A stretch of DNA of 64,000 nucleotides from Fistulifera solaris (lineage: Eukaryota). The notes under the pieces are model-generated. The model was not told where the DNA came from. It saw only the letters and a list, made by a program, of their open reading frames with translations, and did no database searches. The position numbers and the translations under genes are program-made. Position 1 is the stretch's first letter. Each line of letters begins with the position of its first letter. Positions 48,882 to 61,853 of this stretch are shown piece by piece. The stretch lies in contig AP026123.1 in NCBI GenBank assembly GCA_030295235.1, forward strand, positions 620,001 through 684,000, written 5' to 3'.

Positions 48882-50583
48882 ATGGCTTCTGAGGACACAC
48901 TTCAACAAGCGGGGAGCCTGGGAAATTTGGACCGGTAAGTTTGTGTGAGCCCGATTCTTCCGTTCGACTTCACCTTCCGATCTCATCTGACTTTGTCGTC
49001 TTGCCTCTTTTGACATCAGTCCGCAAATCTCCATCTTGGACTTTGGTTCGCAATATTCTCACCTTATTGCACGACGCGTCCGTGAACTCAACCTCTATTG
49101 CGAGCTGTATTCGTGCCAGGTCTCAGCGGAAGAGCTCGGAAAGCACGAAATCACAGCCATCATTCTTTCAGGAGGACCGTCTTCCGTGTACGACGAAGGG
49201 GCTCCTCATGTTCGAAAAGAAGTATGGGACTTGATTAGTAGCCGACAGATACCGGTACTCGGAATCTGCTATGGAATGCAGGAGCTTGCTTACACATTTG
49301 GTGGACACGTTCAGCCGGGTCTCAAGCACGAGTATGGAAAGGCTCATGTGCAACGTATTGACCCCAATCACACCTCTCCGTTGCTTCACAATATGCCGGA
49401 TGATTTCGTGATGTGGATGTCGCACGGCGATAAACTCGATAAAACGCCCGAAGGGTTCAAAGCAGTTGCCAAAACGAGCAACGCCGAGTTTGTCATCATG
49501 GAAAATATTGAAAAAAAGATGTGGGGACTGCAGTTTCACCCCGAGGTTACCCACTCGCCCCAGGGCAACATTATTCTCCGCAATTTCTGCATCGACATTG
49601 CAGGTGCTAAACCGAACTGGATCATGACCGATTACGCTGCTGAATTCATCGAGTCGGTGAGGAAGCAAGTGGGGGATGGGCATGTGATTGGTGCCGTAAG
49701 TGGTGGTGTAGATTCCACAGTGGCCGCCGTTCTCATGACTAGAGCTATTGGTGATCGCTTCCATGCCGTCATGGTGGATAATGGTTGCTTGCGTAAAGAC
49801 GAAGCTGTTACTGTCGTCAAACGACTACGGGAAGATTGCCATGTAAATCTGCGATGTGTCGACGCATCGGATCGTTTTTTGGGTCTTTTGAAAGGGGTAA
49901 CTGATCCAGAACAGAAGCGAAAGATCATTGGTCGTACTTTCATTGATGTTTTCCAGGAAGAAGCAGATAAGATTCAAGCAGAAAGTGGCAGATGCGACTA
50001 TCTTCTCCAAGGTACACTTTACCCGGATGTGATTGAAAGCATCTCTTACAAGGGTCCATCGGCGACTATTAAAACACACCACAATGTTGGCGGCTTGCCA
50101 GCAACAATGAAACTCAAACTGATTGAGCCGCTTCGTGAGTTGTTTAAGGACGAAGTGCGCGCTTTGGGTATCGCTTTGGGTATCGAAGAGAATAGTGTTT
50201 GGCGCCATCCGTTCCCCGGTCCGGGATTGGCCATCCGTATTCTTGGCGAAGTGACGGCGGAACGAGTCAAGATTTTGCAAGAAGCAGATGCAATCATGAT
50301 TGAAGAGCTTCATAAGGCGGGGCATTATCGCGCCATTGGACAGGCATTCGTTGTGCTTTTGCCAGTGAAAAGCGTGGGTGTAATGGGAGATGGTCGCACC
50401 TACGAGGACGTCGCCGCAATCCGGTGCGTTGAGACGACTGATTATATGACTGCTGACTTTTATCATTTACCTTACGAGGTGATGGGAGCCATGTCAAGCA
50501 GAATCATCAACGAGGTTCGAGGAATCAACCGCGTCTGCTACGATATCAGTTCGAAACCCCCTGCTACTATTGAATGGGAATAG
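48882..50583 (+). CDS. GMPS: GMP synthase (glutamine-hydrolysing)
   Basis: LDFGSQY, LGICYGMQ, QFHPEV, SGGVDS, QGTLYPDVIES, HPFPGPGL, KPPATIEWE; intron 48935-49019. Confidence 0.98.
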
Positions 50584-50693
50584 TTAAGTAGCGTAAATAA
50601 CACGTATTATGTGTATTCCACTTGGTATGCATAATAAAGCACGACAAAAGTCAAATAACTTCGAACTTTTTCCAAGAAACGTTAGCACCATCT

Positions 50694-51966
50694 TCAGCCA
50701 CCGCGTGTGTTGTTGGGAGGTGCGGACCCGTTGTCATTCGCATTTGATCTACCAACAATTGCGTCTGGCCCCGAACTAATAACTTCTTCCACGACCGTAT
50801 TGAAGGATCGACAAGTTGCAACTGGGCATTGAATGCCGAGAAAGTGCCACTGACAATTGTGTGATTTCACTTCGCAATCGTTGCACATGATAGTGACAAT
50901 ACGTTGCAAATCCGCCGGCATAGGATGTTCCGCAATGTCACGAGCCCTAGCTTCCCACGCGGCAGCCATCGATTGCTGACTGACTACTGTCTTTTTTGCA
51001 GATCGGGCACCGATAATCGAACCCCGCTAGTTTACGGAAGCAGTGAGCATGAATGGCGTGTCCGCAGGGCAAGTCCTGCGGCGATTGTCTAGAGGAAAAC
51101 ATATCTTCTCGACAAACGGGACAATTGTTTTTGTACTTGTCTTTCAAGCATTGATGTGTTTCGAAGACCGTGACGGAAATGCACATGCAGCATTGGTCAC
51201 AGTGACGAAAGGATTCCATACCGCCCACGCGGCAGAAACCACATTGATCACAATGGAAGGGCTTTTTACCCTGTATGCAAATGAGTTAGCAACTACAATT
51301 TCAACATGTGAAAAGTGAAAATGGACCTGCAGTTCTTACCAGTGACATCCATAGATTACAGATTCCACAATGATACTCTCCGAATACCGTGTGACAACTC
51401 GTGCACTGGTTCCTGCAGAAAAAGAGTGAAGAGTTGTCAGAAAATTGCGACTTCTTTTCATTCATACCAATCGGTTGTACTTACGTCGCCGCTTGTCTCA
51501 CGTTACAATTCTTGCAAACGACCTCTCGAATTAAGAAACGATTCAACGGCGGATGGCCCGGAGGACTCAATTCATCATGACATATCCGACAACCGAAGAC
51601 TCGATTACAGCAAGGGGCGACAATGTTGCAATTTCTCTCGTAATGCACACAGGCTGCACTCGCTTCTTGCGCGGGCAAGACCGGAGCCGGAGCGGGAGCC
51701 TGTATCGTGCGATTGCCCGTCATGAGTGACTGAATGCGAAATCGTTTTTCATCCGCACTCAACGAAGTATCCGCCATGACCGCTTGAATCGCACGTCTTC
51801 TCGCTACAGCGGCATCTTCTTCTGCTGGAACAGGAGGAGCCGTGACATCGTCCATATCGTTCCCGTCTTCCATTGCGTCTTCGTCGTCGGAGAGATCATC
51901 GTCGTCGTTGGCGCTGTGGTCGTCCATATCCATATCCTCGTCGCGAAAGTCGTCGTCGTTATCCAT
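50694..51966 (-). CDS. CHY/CTCHY/RING zinc-finger E3 ligase (Pirh2/RCHY1-like), paralogue A
   Basis: CVHYERNCNIVAPCC, CPVCREDMF, CGHAIH, YRCPICKK, IMCNDC; introns 51413-51484 and 51271-51339; extra A near 50995. Confidence 0.93.
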
Positions 51967-52170
51967 CGTTCTTTCGTTAGGAAAGACTGTTATAGCGCAA
52001 ACTGTTTAGGATAATACGGAGTAAGATTTTTTAGTCTTCTTTTAGCAAAGAGGGGCAAATGCGAATAAGAATAAGCGCTTCAAATGAAACGATGACTTTC
52101 CCTTATTTCATCTGCTGCTGCCTTCGAGCGTGACGCAGAACGCGGAGATCAAGGAGGGTCATTATTAATT

Positions 52171-52314
52171 CCCACATTTTCTGGAGACGTGAATACATCA
52201 CGCTCCCACATTTTCTGGACACGTCAAAACCACATTCCCACATTTTCTGGACAGGTGAAAACATAATAACACGCCCACATTTTCTGGACAAATCAGACCC
52301 CCAGATTTTCTGGA
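52171..52314. promoter_or_regulatory. Five spaced copies of CCCA(C/G)ATTTTCTGGA in a divergent promoter
   Basis: Copies start at 52171, 52205, 52237, 52274, 52300, between the CHY-A and PEX6 starts. Confidence 0.6.
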
Positions 52315-52472
52315 GATGTCAAGAACATCACATGCACTGCACCCGTCACGACGATTAATTTCGAGACCAGCAGCAGTTATTGTAATCGTCCTTCTTGTTA
52401 TAATTACGGAGCATAAAATTAACGAATTTCGAAGAACAAAATATAAACGCTTTCCTAGTATGGCCTTTCAAA

Positions 52473-54820
52473 ATGATCCGAGCCAGCAACTTTTGTCGCT
52501 CTAGTGAAGAATTCAAGGTGCAGCTCGTGTTGCACGAAGGAAACTGCGAGTCTCAATCGTCTTTGGTTTCGTGGAGAGTTTTGCGGCGCCTTTCTCGGCC
52601 GACTGGAAGTTGGGTGACGCTGTCATGTGCTGCTACGAAGACATGTATTTATACCAGGCTAGTACTCACGGAGGATGACACAAATCATACATCAGTTGAC
52701 GAGGAGAATCTAGTCGTCCGGGTCAATGTGTTGACCGCCTCCAACTTGTTGTCGGGGATGCCGATTAGCCAGGTTAACAATGTTGAATGCACACTCAAGA
52801 CGCTATCCAATGATGAAGATTTACCCACTGCTGAATGCGTTACGCTACGGATATGGAGTATCCCTGTTCCGCCTCCAAGCTTAATCTATTCGCCTCCAAA
52901 AGAGAATTTCCCGTTGCCTGCTCGCAAAACTCTGCTACAAAAAGATATTTTGATAGCTGTTCGTCAAGGCCATGATATTTGTTTTTACGAAGTGATCGAC
53001 ATAGATCGCAATGAGAATGCCAGTATCATGGCGTACGAGACTTCGTCAAATACCTCCTTTCGGATAGAGATGGCCGAACACAAATTAGCATGCCCGCGTT
53101 TACCGCCATTGACAGCAACGAGCAACCTCTTTACATCAACAATCAGCTCTCTTCCGCCACACCCCGATACTTCCGTAGTGATCGAAGCGCTGTCACTACC
53201 GATACATTATTCCCCACAAGAACGTGTACTGCACGTTTGCGGTGAATTACAAAATGTTACGGAAGCAATTCAAGTTGCAGCAGATCGTTTGGGACGGCGA
53301 CTGGTACCAGTACGAGGACTCGCGTTTCATGCTTATTTTCACGGCCGCGTCAAAAATCCGACGGGCTCCTTGGCAGACAAGTTGATCGGGTTAGAAGTGG
53401 CTTTGGAGCAGGCTTTGTATCACGCACCGGCCGTATTGCTGTTGCAGGATTTGGATAAAGAACTTTCTATACATGATCATGAGTTACAAGAAGACGAAGA
53501 AAGCAGAATCTGGTCGTTAATCATGGACTACTTAAAGCCGTCGTCGAACGCAACACTTCGAAAGGGAAAACGATCCGGTACGCCACCGGTACTTGTCGTG
53601 CTCAGTTCCGAGAAGGTATTAAAGCGGGGCCCGCTGATGCGCAATCTAGTTCACCCGTCTGTTGTTTGCTCAATTCCGGACGCAAATTACATCGAGTATT
53701 TGTGGAAACTGCACATAAAAGACATCCCACCAACTGAGCTATTATGCGAGATTCTGTCGGGACGGACACGGGACCAAATCTGTAGAATTCTGCGAAATAT
53801 ACAGCGCAAATTAAACCGTGACGTTCCCGACTTCGTTGCTTTGCTCCGGGAAATTTGCGAAGAACACGACAATAGAACGAAGCTTTCTAGTATGGCGAAA
53901 ATCCCGAAGGTGCATTGGGAAGATGTTGGTGGACTTTCTCATGTCCGCAGCGAAATCATGGAAGCAATTGAACTCCCTCTACAGCATCCAAACCTGTTCC
54001 CTCCATCCACACGGTCTGGAATTTTGCTCTATGGTCCTCCGGGAACAGGGAAAACGCTCGTAGCCAAAGCCGTTGCTACGGAATGCAAGTTACCGTTTCT
54101 TTCGGTAAAAGGGCCTGAATTACTTGGAAGTTACATTGGAGAAAGCGAAGCGAACGTTCGAGAGGTTTTCGCACAAGCTCGGAGTTGCGCTCGTCAAAAC
54201 AAGCCTCCTGCGTGCATCCTCTTTTTGACGAGCTGGATAGTTTGGCGCCTCGCCGCGGAGAACAAGCCAGTGGGGGAAATGTCATAGATCGCGTTGTCGC
54301 CACCTTTTTCGGCGAGCTTGATAAGGACGCAAAGGATTGCTCGATATTTGTGATGGGAGCGACGAATCGACCCGACTTATTGGATCCGTCTCTTTTGCGT
54401 CCCGGTCGCTTCGACCGTCTAGTGTACTTGGGGATCTTTCCCGAAGATCGGGCACAAATATTAGCTGCGCAGATTAGGAAATTGAACCTTGAGGACGAAC
54501 CGCACGTTCTCGCCGAGTTTGTGGTGGACAAGCTGCCGAATAATTTGACGGGTGCGGACTTATCGACCATTGCGACGGGGGCGCAGCTTTTGGCTACGGA
54601 ACGCCTGTGCGCGGAAGCGGAGAATGAATTCCGGATGCAGCAACCAAATGGTAACAGTGAGCTGACTATGGACCAGTTTCTAGAATCTTGGAGCGAAGAG
54701 CGTCTAGTGCCGACTGTGACACTTGATGATTTAATTCAGGCTTCGGAAAAAGTGATACCCAGCGTAAGTGAAGCTGACTTAAAACGTTATGAACTTTTAA
54801 AGGATCGGTTCCGAAGGTAA
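52473..54820 (+). CDS. PEX6: Peroxisomal AAA+ ATPase PEX6
   Basis: Degenerate D1; D2 with [56 protein letters not shown]; slip near 54225. Confidence 0.9.
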
Positions 54821-55105
54821 AAGGATATTGAAATGCGACTAAGTTAGCCATAATTGCAAATCACATACAAGTGCCGGATAAAATGTTTGTGATCATTCAT
54901 ATCGTCCGTATTTCGCCACGACTGCACTTCAGTCATGAGTCATGAGACATTCCGATTTCGATAACTCAAACTTCCGCCCAAACAAGTGAAGCAAAACCGA
55001 ATCTGTTGACGATCGACTCAGAACGACAGAAACGCATTCTTCTCTTTCATTTATTTCGCTTTAAGAGAGTTGCGACTTGACAGCTTCACATCCAAGCGAG
55101 ACAAG

Positions 55106-56950
55106 ATGCTTACTTTAGGCTTATTGTTGACACTGTTCCCTCTGTTGAGTTCGGGCGCGACAGACTTCATTCCGTGCTCGACCTCGTGCAACGGAGGTGA
55201 TGTGAATTATGAACTCGTGGCGAATGTACGCAGCATGCAGCTGCTGAATTACACCTACCGCGGAAGAACTTACTCTACGGAAGGATCCGATTCGTACTTG
55301 GGACCGACGATGCGTGTGAAACCGGGTCAAACGCTCTGGATCAAGTTGACAAATCAGATGCACGAGCCCGTCGGTCCGACTCGCGTCACGGTCGAGGATT
55401 ACTGGAATATGCTACAAAAACCAGGCGAAAAGATCAAGTATCAATATTACAAAAAAGCAGTCGCCAATGCATCCTTAATGACGGTCGATTTCCCGAACAT
55501 TCCGTCGCACTTTGACGCCACCAATCTGCATCTGCACGGTCTCGACATTGAAGTACACATGTTTGATCCAGTCAATACGCACAATCCCGATGCACCGCAC
55601 ATTGCGATCCATCCCGGCGAATGTTACTGTTACCGTTTCACGATTCCAGAGCATCATCCGGCCGGTATGTACTGGTATCATCCGCATCTCCACGGCTCGT
55701 CGGCGGTGCAAATGTGGGGCGGAATGTTCGGATTGCTGTACGTGGACGGTCCTTTGGAAGACGAACTGGCGGCATATGGTATCACCAACACACAGGAGTT
55801 TGTGATTTGGGATCCGGCGTTCAAAGCAGTGGATAAGCCGACGCACAACATTGAAGTGGATGAGTTTCTTATGGGACAAACCACGCTTTCCAAGATTCAT
55901 CCCTTTTTGGTAAACGGAAAAATGACCCCGAATTTCGACATTGGAGTGAATGAAGTTCTGCATCTACGATCGTTGTGTGCGACGACGGAGAATGAAAATA
56001 CGTTTATTATTTACAGAGAAGGTGAAGAAGATCTTCCCTGGGATGAAGCGTCGTTCCCTTTTTGGGTCATTGGCAGTGACGGAGTCATGTACAAGAAGCC
56101 CGTGCAGAAGAACATCATTGTCATGGCTGGTGGACAGCGCACTGAAATTCTCATTCAACTGGAGGAACCGGGCAAATATGTGATCAGTCAGCAAGGAATT
56201 CAAGGCATGCAGTTCTTCGACATGTACGGACACCCTCATGACCAAATATTGGCAACCATTACGGTGGAAGAACGTCCGGGCGTTCAGACTCCCACTATTC
56301 CCATCTCGGAGATGGTCTTCACGCCAGGATACAAGGAACAAGAATCCATCCAAGCTCATGACATTGTTGCAACAGAGTCGATTGTGTTTTCCATGGGCGC
56401 GAATCGGAATCAGGCTCCCTTTCCGCAATATTATGTGAACGGAAAGCCGTTTGATCCCAACCGCATTGACTTTACGGCGCACCCGGGAGAAGCGCGCGAA
56501 TACATTTTAATCAATGCAAATCACAACGTGCACCCGTTCCACATTCACGTGAATCGATTTCAAGTCAAAGAGATGGGATCCGAGCTGTCCATAGAAAAGT
56601 ATCCCGCTCTCAAAGCGGTCATGGACTTTGAGCCCGACGTTTGGCGTGATACAGTAGTGGTCCCACCCAATGGCAGAACGCGCATTTGGGTACAGTACAA
56701 GAACTACACAGGAAAAACGGTTCTTCACTGTCATTTTTTGGCTCATGAAGACACAGGAATGATGTCAACTGTTTTTATTGGGCCACAAGATTTTGTATTT
56801 CGGTGGAAGGATCATCAACAGGCTTTCATGGGTATAGGAATAGGTTTCCTCGTTGCTTTGCTTCTAGTTTTCGTGTTCCCCAAGAAGGAGCGAGCACCGG
56901 CCTATGAGCCTGTGGCTATGAATCGACTGAAATCCAAAGTTATCGATTGA
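55106..56950 (+). CDS. Three-domain multicopper oxidase with signal peptide and C-terminal TM anchor
   Basis: TNLHLHG, YWYHPHLHG, HPFHIH, HCHFLAHEDTGM all intact; intronless. Confidence 0.93.
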   Translation: MLTLGLLLTLFPLLSSGATDFIPCSTSCNGGDVNYELVANVRSMQLLNYTYRGRTYSTEGSDSYLGPTMRVKPGQTLWIKLTNQMHEPVGPTRVTVEDYWNMLQKPGEKIKYQYYKKAVANASLMTVDFPNIPSHFDATNLHLHGLDIEVHMFDPVNTHNPDAPHIAIHPGECYCYRFTIPEHHPAGMYWYHPHLHGSSAVQMWGGMFGLLYVDGPLEDELAAYGITNTQEFVIWDPAFKAVDKPTHNIEVDEFLMGQTTLSKIHPFLVNGKMTPNFDIGVNEVLHLRSLCATTENENTFIIYREGEEDLPWDEASFPFWVIGSDGVMYKKPVQKNIIVMAGGQRTEILIQLEEPGKYVISQQGIQGMQFFDMYGHPHDQILATITVEERPGVQTPTIPISEMVFTPGYKEQESIQAHDIVATESIVFSMGANRNQAPFPQYYVNGKPFDPNRIDFTAHPGEAREYILINANHNVHPFHIHVNRFQVKEMGSELSIEKYPALKAVMDFEPDVWRDTVVVPPNGRTRIWVQYKNYTGKTVLHCHFLAHEDTGMMSTVFIGPQDFVFRWKDHQQAFMGIGIGFLVALLLVFVFPKKERAPAYEPVAMNRLKSKVID

Positions 56951-57446
56951 CGAGAGTTTATGATTAGCCATGATCTTCCACTTAGTTTGTAATATTAAGA
57001 GACGTGATTGCGACTAAGGCTGCAATTTCATCCGTTTAGCTGCAATGCATCCTCATTTTCTAGTTCCAAAGTATTGGCCATAGCCTACAACTATCTGCAA
57101 AAAAGTACTGTCGTACCTTTCGCACCGAAGAAGGAGAATGGAACATACAAAGCGAAACGAAGAAACAAGGAACAGTGTAGAGAATAGCTGTTAAGTGTAG
57201 AAGGCAGAAATAGCAAGGATGGAAGAATGCCCATTGCTGACCAGTATATATTACAAAGTAGACGGACATTTGCATCTGTACATTAAGATCTAGACTAATT
57301 TCTTCGTTTCCGATTCTGGACCATAGTTCTTTGGCAAAATCTTCAGCACTTTCGCGACCGCAAAGGATTTGGATCGATCACAAAAAAGAAGCTTTTCTTT
57401 GTTATTGTTGTCGAAGTGATCAACCGCTGAGAAGCACAATAGTAGC

Positions 57447-58682
57447 ATGGAGGACGAACGATTTGCTCATGAGGATCAAGATGAGGACGACATGCAGGTT
57501 GTCGATAGTGACGAGGAAGATTCTGACGACGACGATGAAATGGACAACATCGATGATTCCGAAAATCCACCGGGCCCCACTGAAGAAGATGCCGCCCTTG
57601 ATCGAAGGCGGGCGATCCAGCAAGTCATGGCAGATACTTCGATTAGTCCAGATGAGAAACGGTTCCGGATACAGGCTATCATGAGCGGCAATCGTACTGT
57701 AGTTGCACCTGCACCAGCCCCAATTCAGGCCGCCGTCGAGGCGAACGCAACTTGTGTTCACTACGAGAGAAATTGCAACATAATCGCCCCTTGTTGTGGT
57801 CGAATTTTCGGTTGTCGTATCTGTCATGATGAATTGAGTGCACCGGGGCACCCACCTATGAATCGATTCTTAATTCGAGAGGTCGTTTGTAAGAATTGCC
57901 ACACGAGACAACCCGCATCGTAAGTATGAAAAACTGTCGTGTCTTTGATGGACTTGTCATGCCTCAATTTTTCGCTTTATTCTGTGAAGGAACAATTGCA
58001 TTCACTGTCACAGCATTTTCGGTGAATTCCATTGTAATATTTGCAACTTGTGGATGTCAATGGTAAGTATCAAATGAATTATTACTATTGTATGCACGAG
58101 CAGTGTTCTCAATTCCCGTACGTTTAGGGCAAAAAGCCGTTTCACTGCGATCTATGCGGCTTCTGTCGAGTGGGAGGGATTGAAGCCTTCCGTCATTGCA
58201 ATCAATGTTGCATGTGTATCTCAATTAGTGTCTTTGATACACATCATTGCTTCAAAGACAAATACAAGAACAGCTGCCCCGTGTGTCGCGAAGATATGTT
58301 CTCCTCTCGGCAAGCACCTCAAGACTTGCCTTGCGGACACGCCATTCACGCTCATTGCTTCCGTAAGCTTGCTGGGTTTGATTATCGGTGCCCGATCTGC
58401 AAGAAGACGGTGGTCAGTCAGCAATCGATGGCGGCTGCCTGGGAAGCCAGGGCTCGTGACATTGCGGAGCATCCCATGCCGGCTGACTTGCACCGAATCG
58501 TTGATATCATGTGCAACGACTGCGAAGTGAAATCGCACAATTGTCAGTGGCACTTTCTTGGGATCCAGTGCCCTGGATGCTCGTCATTCAATACTGTCGT
58601 TGAGAATGTTGTGGCCTCTGGGCCTGATGCTGCACCGTCGAGGAACGAAGGAGGTGCCCCTAGTAACGCTGGAGGCGCATAG
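57447..58682 (+). CDS. CHY/CTCHY/RING zinc-finger E3 ligase, paralogue B
   Basis: Same motifs as paralogue A; introns 57920-57989 and 58063-58127 at homologous positions. Confidence 0.95.
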
Positions 58683-58911
58683 TCGTGCGATGCTCTTTAA
58701 GAACCGATCTCCGGCGTCCTGACTTCTACTTCATTAACATGGCGCATTTTCCTCACACGGACATTGACCTGAGCTTCATTTTGGCTGCCATGCTTATCAT
58801 TATGAAATGCCACAAGTTTCTGGTCATGAATACAATCCTGTTTGTTACATTGTTGTATAATATGTCAAAATGACTTCATTAGACTTCCTATTACTATGAT
58901 TGAGCTTATAA

Positions 58912-59611
58912 TTATCGTCTTCCGTGACCGGGTTGATTCGTACGTCGACCCGGGGCTCTTCCCAATTGAAACTGTTCATGGAAGGAGAGCCCATCATCGA
59001 GCTGACTAGCCGTGTCTTCTCCCGGCTTGGTCATTTCCTCCACCAATTCTTCCGCCTCCACAATGGCTTTCAGCACTTCGCGCTTGTTGGATTCACACAG
59101 CATTCCTCCGATGAACATTTCGAACAGAATCAATAATGACTTGTGCAGTGAAAAGACCAAGTCCAATTCGCAGACTGCGTTACCAAGTTTCATCTCGAGT
59201 GAGACGCCAAACAGAAAGATAATCGTAGCAGTGTATTCATTATGACTCACCGGAATTGAAATATCCATCCAATGCTTCCACAAACAGATGAATTTGCTCC
59301 AACACAATCAATTCGTTCATCCCTTCGGGGACACCGACCACAAAGTACAGCGAGGCATATCGGCGATACACGAACTTGTAGGTGCCTTTCTCAATAATGT
59401 TGCACATTTTCGGCGCCCGCGGCAAGATATCGGAAGAGATGTCGCGAAGAATGCGTCGTTTATCCGATTCTGAATACGAGGAGAAGAATTCGCTGAGACG
59501 AATTTTGCCTTGACGCGACATGAGCACGATAAAATTCCATCCACACGCCGCCAAATTGGGGCTTGCCGCAATCGCTTCCCCCGTCATGTCTGTCATCGTT
59601 GTAGTCGGCAT
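58912..59611 (-). CDS. Adaptor complex small (sigma) subunit, AP-1 sigma-like
   Basis: SRQGKIRL, VYRRYASLYF, NELIVLEQIHLFVEALDGYFNS|VCELDLVF; intron 59175-59250. Confidence 0.9.
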
Positions 59612-60199
59612 TTTTGAATCGAAAAAGAGGAAAGAGAGAATGAATACAACAATAAACTATCCAACAATACTATTCATTCGTCGCCGTTGAATTTGTGCTT
59701 GCTTTGTCGTGATCGACGCATGTTGCGGTGTTTTGCGTTTAGCGCGTGTTGTTGTGCTTTCCAGTAACAGTGAGATTCCAGTAACAGTGAGACTTATAAA
59801 GAAAGAGCACTGTAAAGAGCACTGTGGCTGGTCATTGAAAATGACTGTAGGCGAAAATGTAGATTACTTTTTTCGATTGTGTCCTACTGCGACACGAATG
59901 AGAACTGAAACGGACGAAAAAAATTGGACCATGGCGAAGAATGCTGTCAACAGATCGACAAAGATACCTCTTGATCATTCATCGCGATGCTTACATTAAC
60001 ATTACCTTAGAAGAACGCCCACAATTTGCCCGCACAGGATGCTGCGTCAAATATCAAGGCGATCAGTAAAATCAAGGCGAAGCTTGTCATCTGTAGCCGA
60101 TAGATGCAGCCTCAATCTAATCACAAGGTACGCGCAGATGCATTTCATGATCGTTCGACCCATTGCCTAGAGCCAAGAATTGTCTCTGAATGTTTCGTT

Positions 60200-61853
60200 A
60201 TGGCAAAATCATTCGACTATAGCCCTTTTCCTCCGATTCCAGATGGTCCCTTTCCTCCGTTGTTTGAATTTGTCTCGGAGAATTGGGCGATAAGTAAGGG
60301 TGGTTACCTGAACGAGAACAATGTGGCCATCATTGACGGCCACACAGGGATGCAGCGCACGTTTGAAGATTACGCTACATCCACTGTCAATATGGCGACT
60401 TGTTTTGTACGTGAATTTGGATTAGAAGAAAACGATACAGTGGCTTTATATTGCCCGAATCACGTCGATTATGCTCCCATTACTCTCAGTGTTGCCCTCG
60501 CGGGCGCGAAATTAACACCCATCAATCCGCTGTGTACGGTGCAAGAGCTACCTGTCATTTTGCAACGCAGCCACGCCACAATCCTCATTGCACACGCGAA
60601 GACACTGCTCGTGGCCTTGGAAGCCGTTAAAGATTGTCCTCGTGTACAGCATGTCATCGTCGTTACCGATGAGAATGTCGACGCAGCCGTACCCTACGGT
60701 GTGATAGATTTAAAACATTTGCGACGATTTGAAAGCGATGAGCCGCTGACTTCAACCCCACATGCTGTTCATCGGAGTACATCGCATCATCCTGTCATAT
60801 TACCGTATTCTTCGGGCACTACGGGCATGCCGAAAGGAGTGTGTTTGACGCATTCGAATATTGTTGCCAATCTCTTGCAATTTGATCAAGTAGAAAGCAT
60901 AGGCTTTCCTCCCGATCACAAACTGATCAGTCCTCTCCCGTTCTTTCACATCTACGCGTTCACCGTTAGCATGTTGTTTCCAGCATGGAAAGGACATACG
61001 GTCATTACTTCCAGTGGCCGTTTCGACTTACTTGAATTCTGTCAGCTAATAGAAACGCATCGACCGCGACGGGCCCATTTGGTACCTCCTATTCTACTGG
61101 GATTGGCGAAACATCCCATTGTCGATAACTATAACTTGTCATCACTGGATATGATTATTAGCGCGGCCGCTCCCCTGAGCAGCGAAACGGAAAAAGGCCG
61201 TCATGGATCGGCTTCCTCATACAAAAGTTAAACAAGGATGGGGTATGTCCGAACTATCACCCATTGGCGCCATGAATTCTGATTTTGCATCGAAGAGTGG
61301 GAGCGTTGGACCGGTCGTTAGTTCTACCATTGCTAAGGTGGTCGATGAGCACGGGAATAGTTTACCACCGCATCAGTCGGGTGAGTTGTACATCAAGGGA
61401 CCGCAAGTAATGATGGGATATTTGAATGATCCGGACAAAACTGCAGAATGTCTGACCGAAACAGGCTGGCTTCGAACCGGTGATCTGGCGCATTATGACG
61501 AGGAGGGTTATCTCTTCATTACTGATCGAGTGAAAGAGTTGATAAAGGTACGAGGCTATCCCGTTGCACCTGCCGAATTGGAAGCGGTACTTTTGAGACA
61601 TCCTGCTGTAGCCGATGCGGCCGTTGTTTCTATTCTTGACGAGGAGTCGGGAGAGTTACCAAGAGCTTTTGTGACTCTGAAAGCGGGTAAAGAAATTTCG
61701 GATAAAGAGTTGTACGAGTTTGTCAAAGAACAAGTAGCACCGTACAAGCGGTTGGATGGAGGTATTACTTTCGTAGACGAGATCCCGAAATCGGCGAGTG
61801 GGAAAATCTTACGACGAATTTTGAGAGACCAGGTGCGACAGGAACAGAAGTAG
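60200..61853 (+). CDS. 4-coumarate:CoA ligase-like acyl-CoA synthetase
   Basis: LPYSSGTTGMPKGV, PFFHIY, QGWGMSE, WLRTGD, ELIKVRG, PKSASGKILRR; extra A near 61195; no PTS1. Confidence 0.92.

Noticed and set aside
59759..59826. Two short tandem duplications (ttccagtaacagtgaga x2; aaagagcactgt x2)
   Set aside because: Two-copy slippage duplications, too little to support a function.
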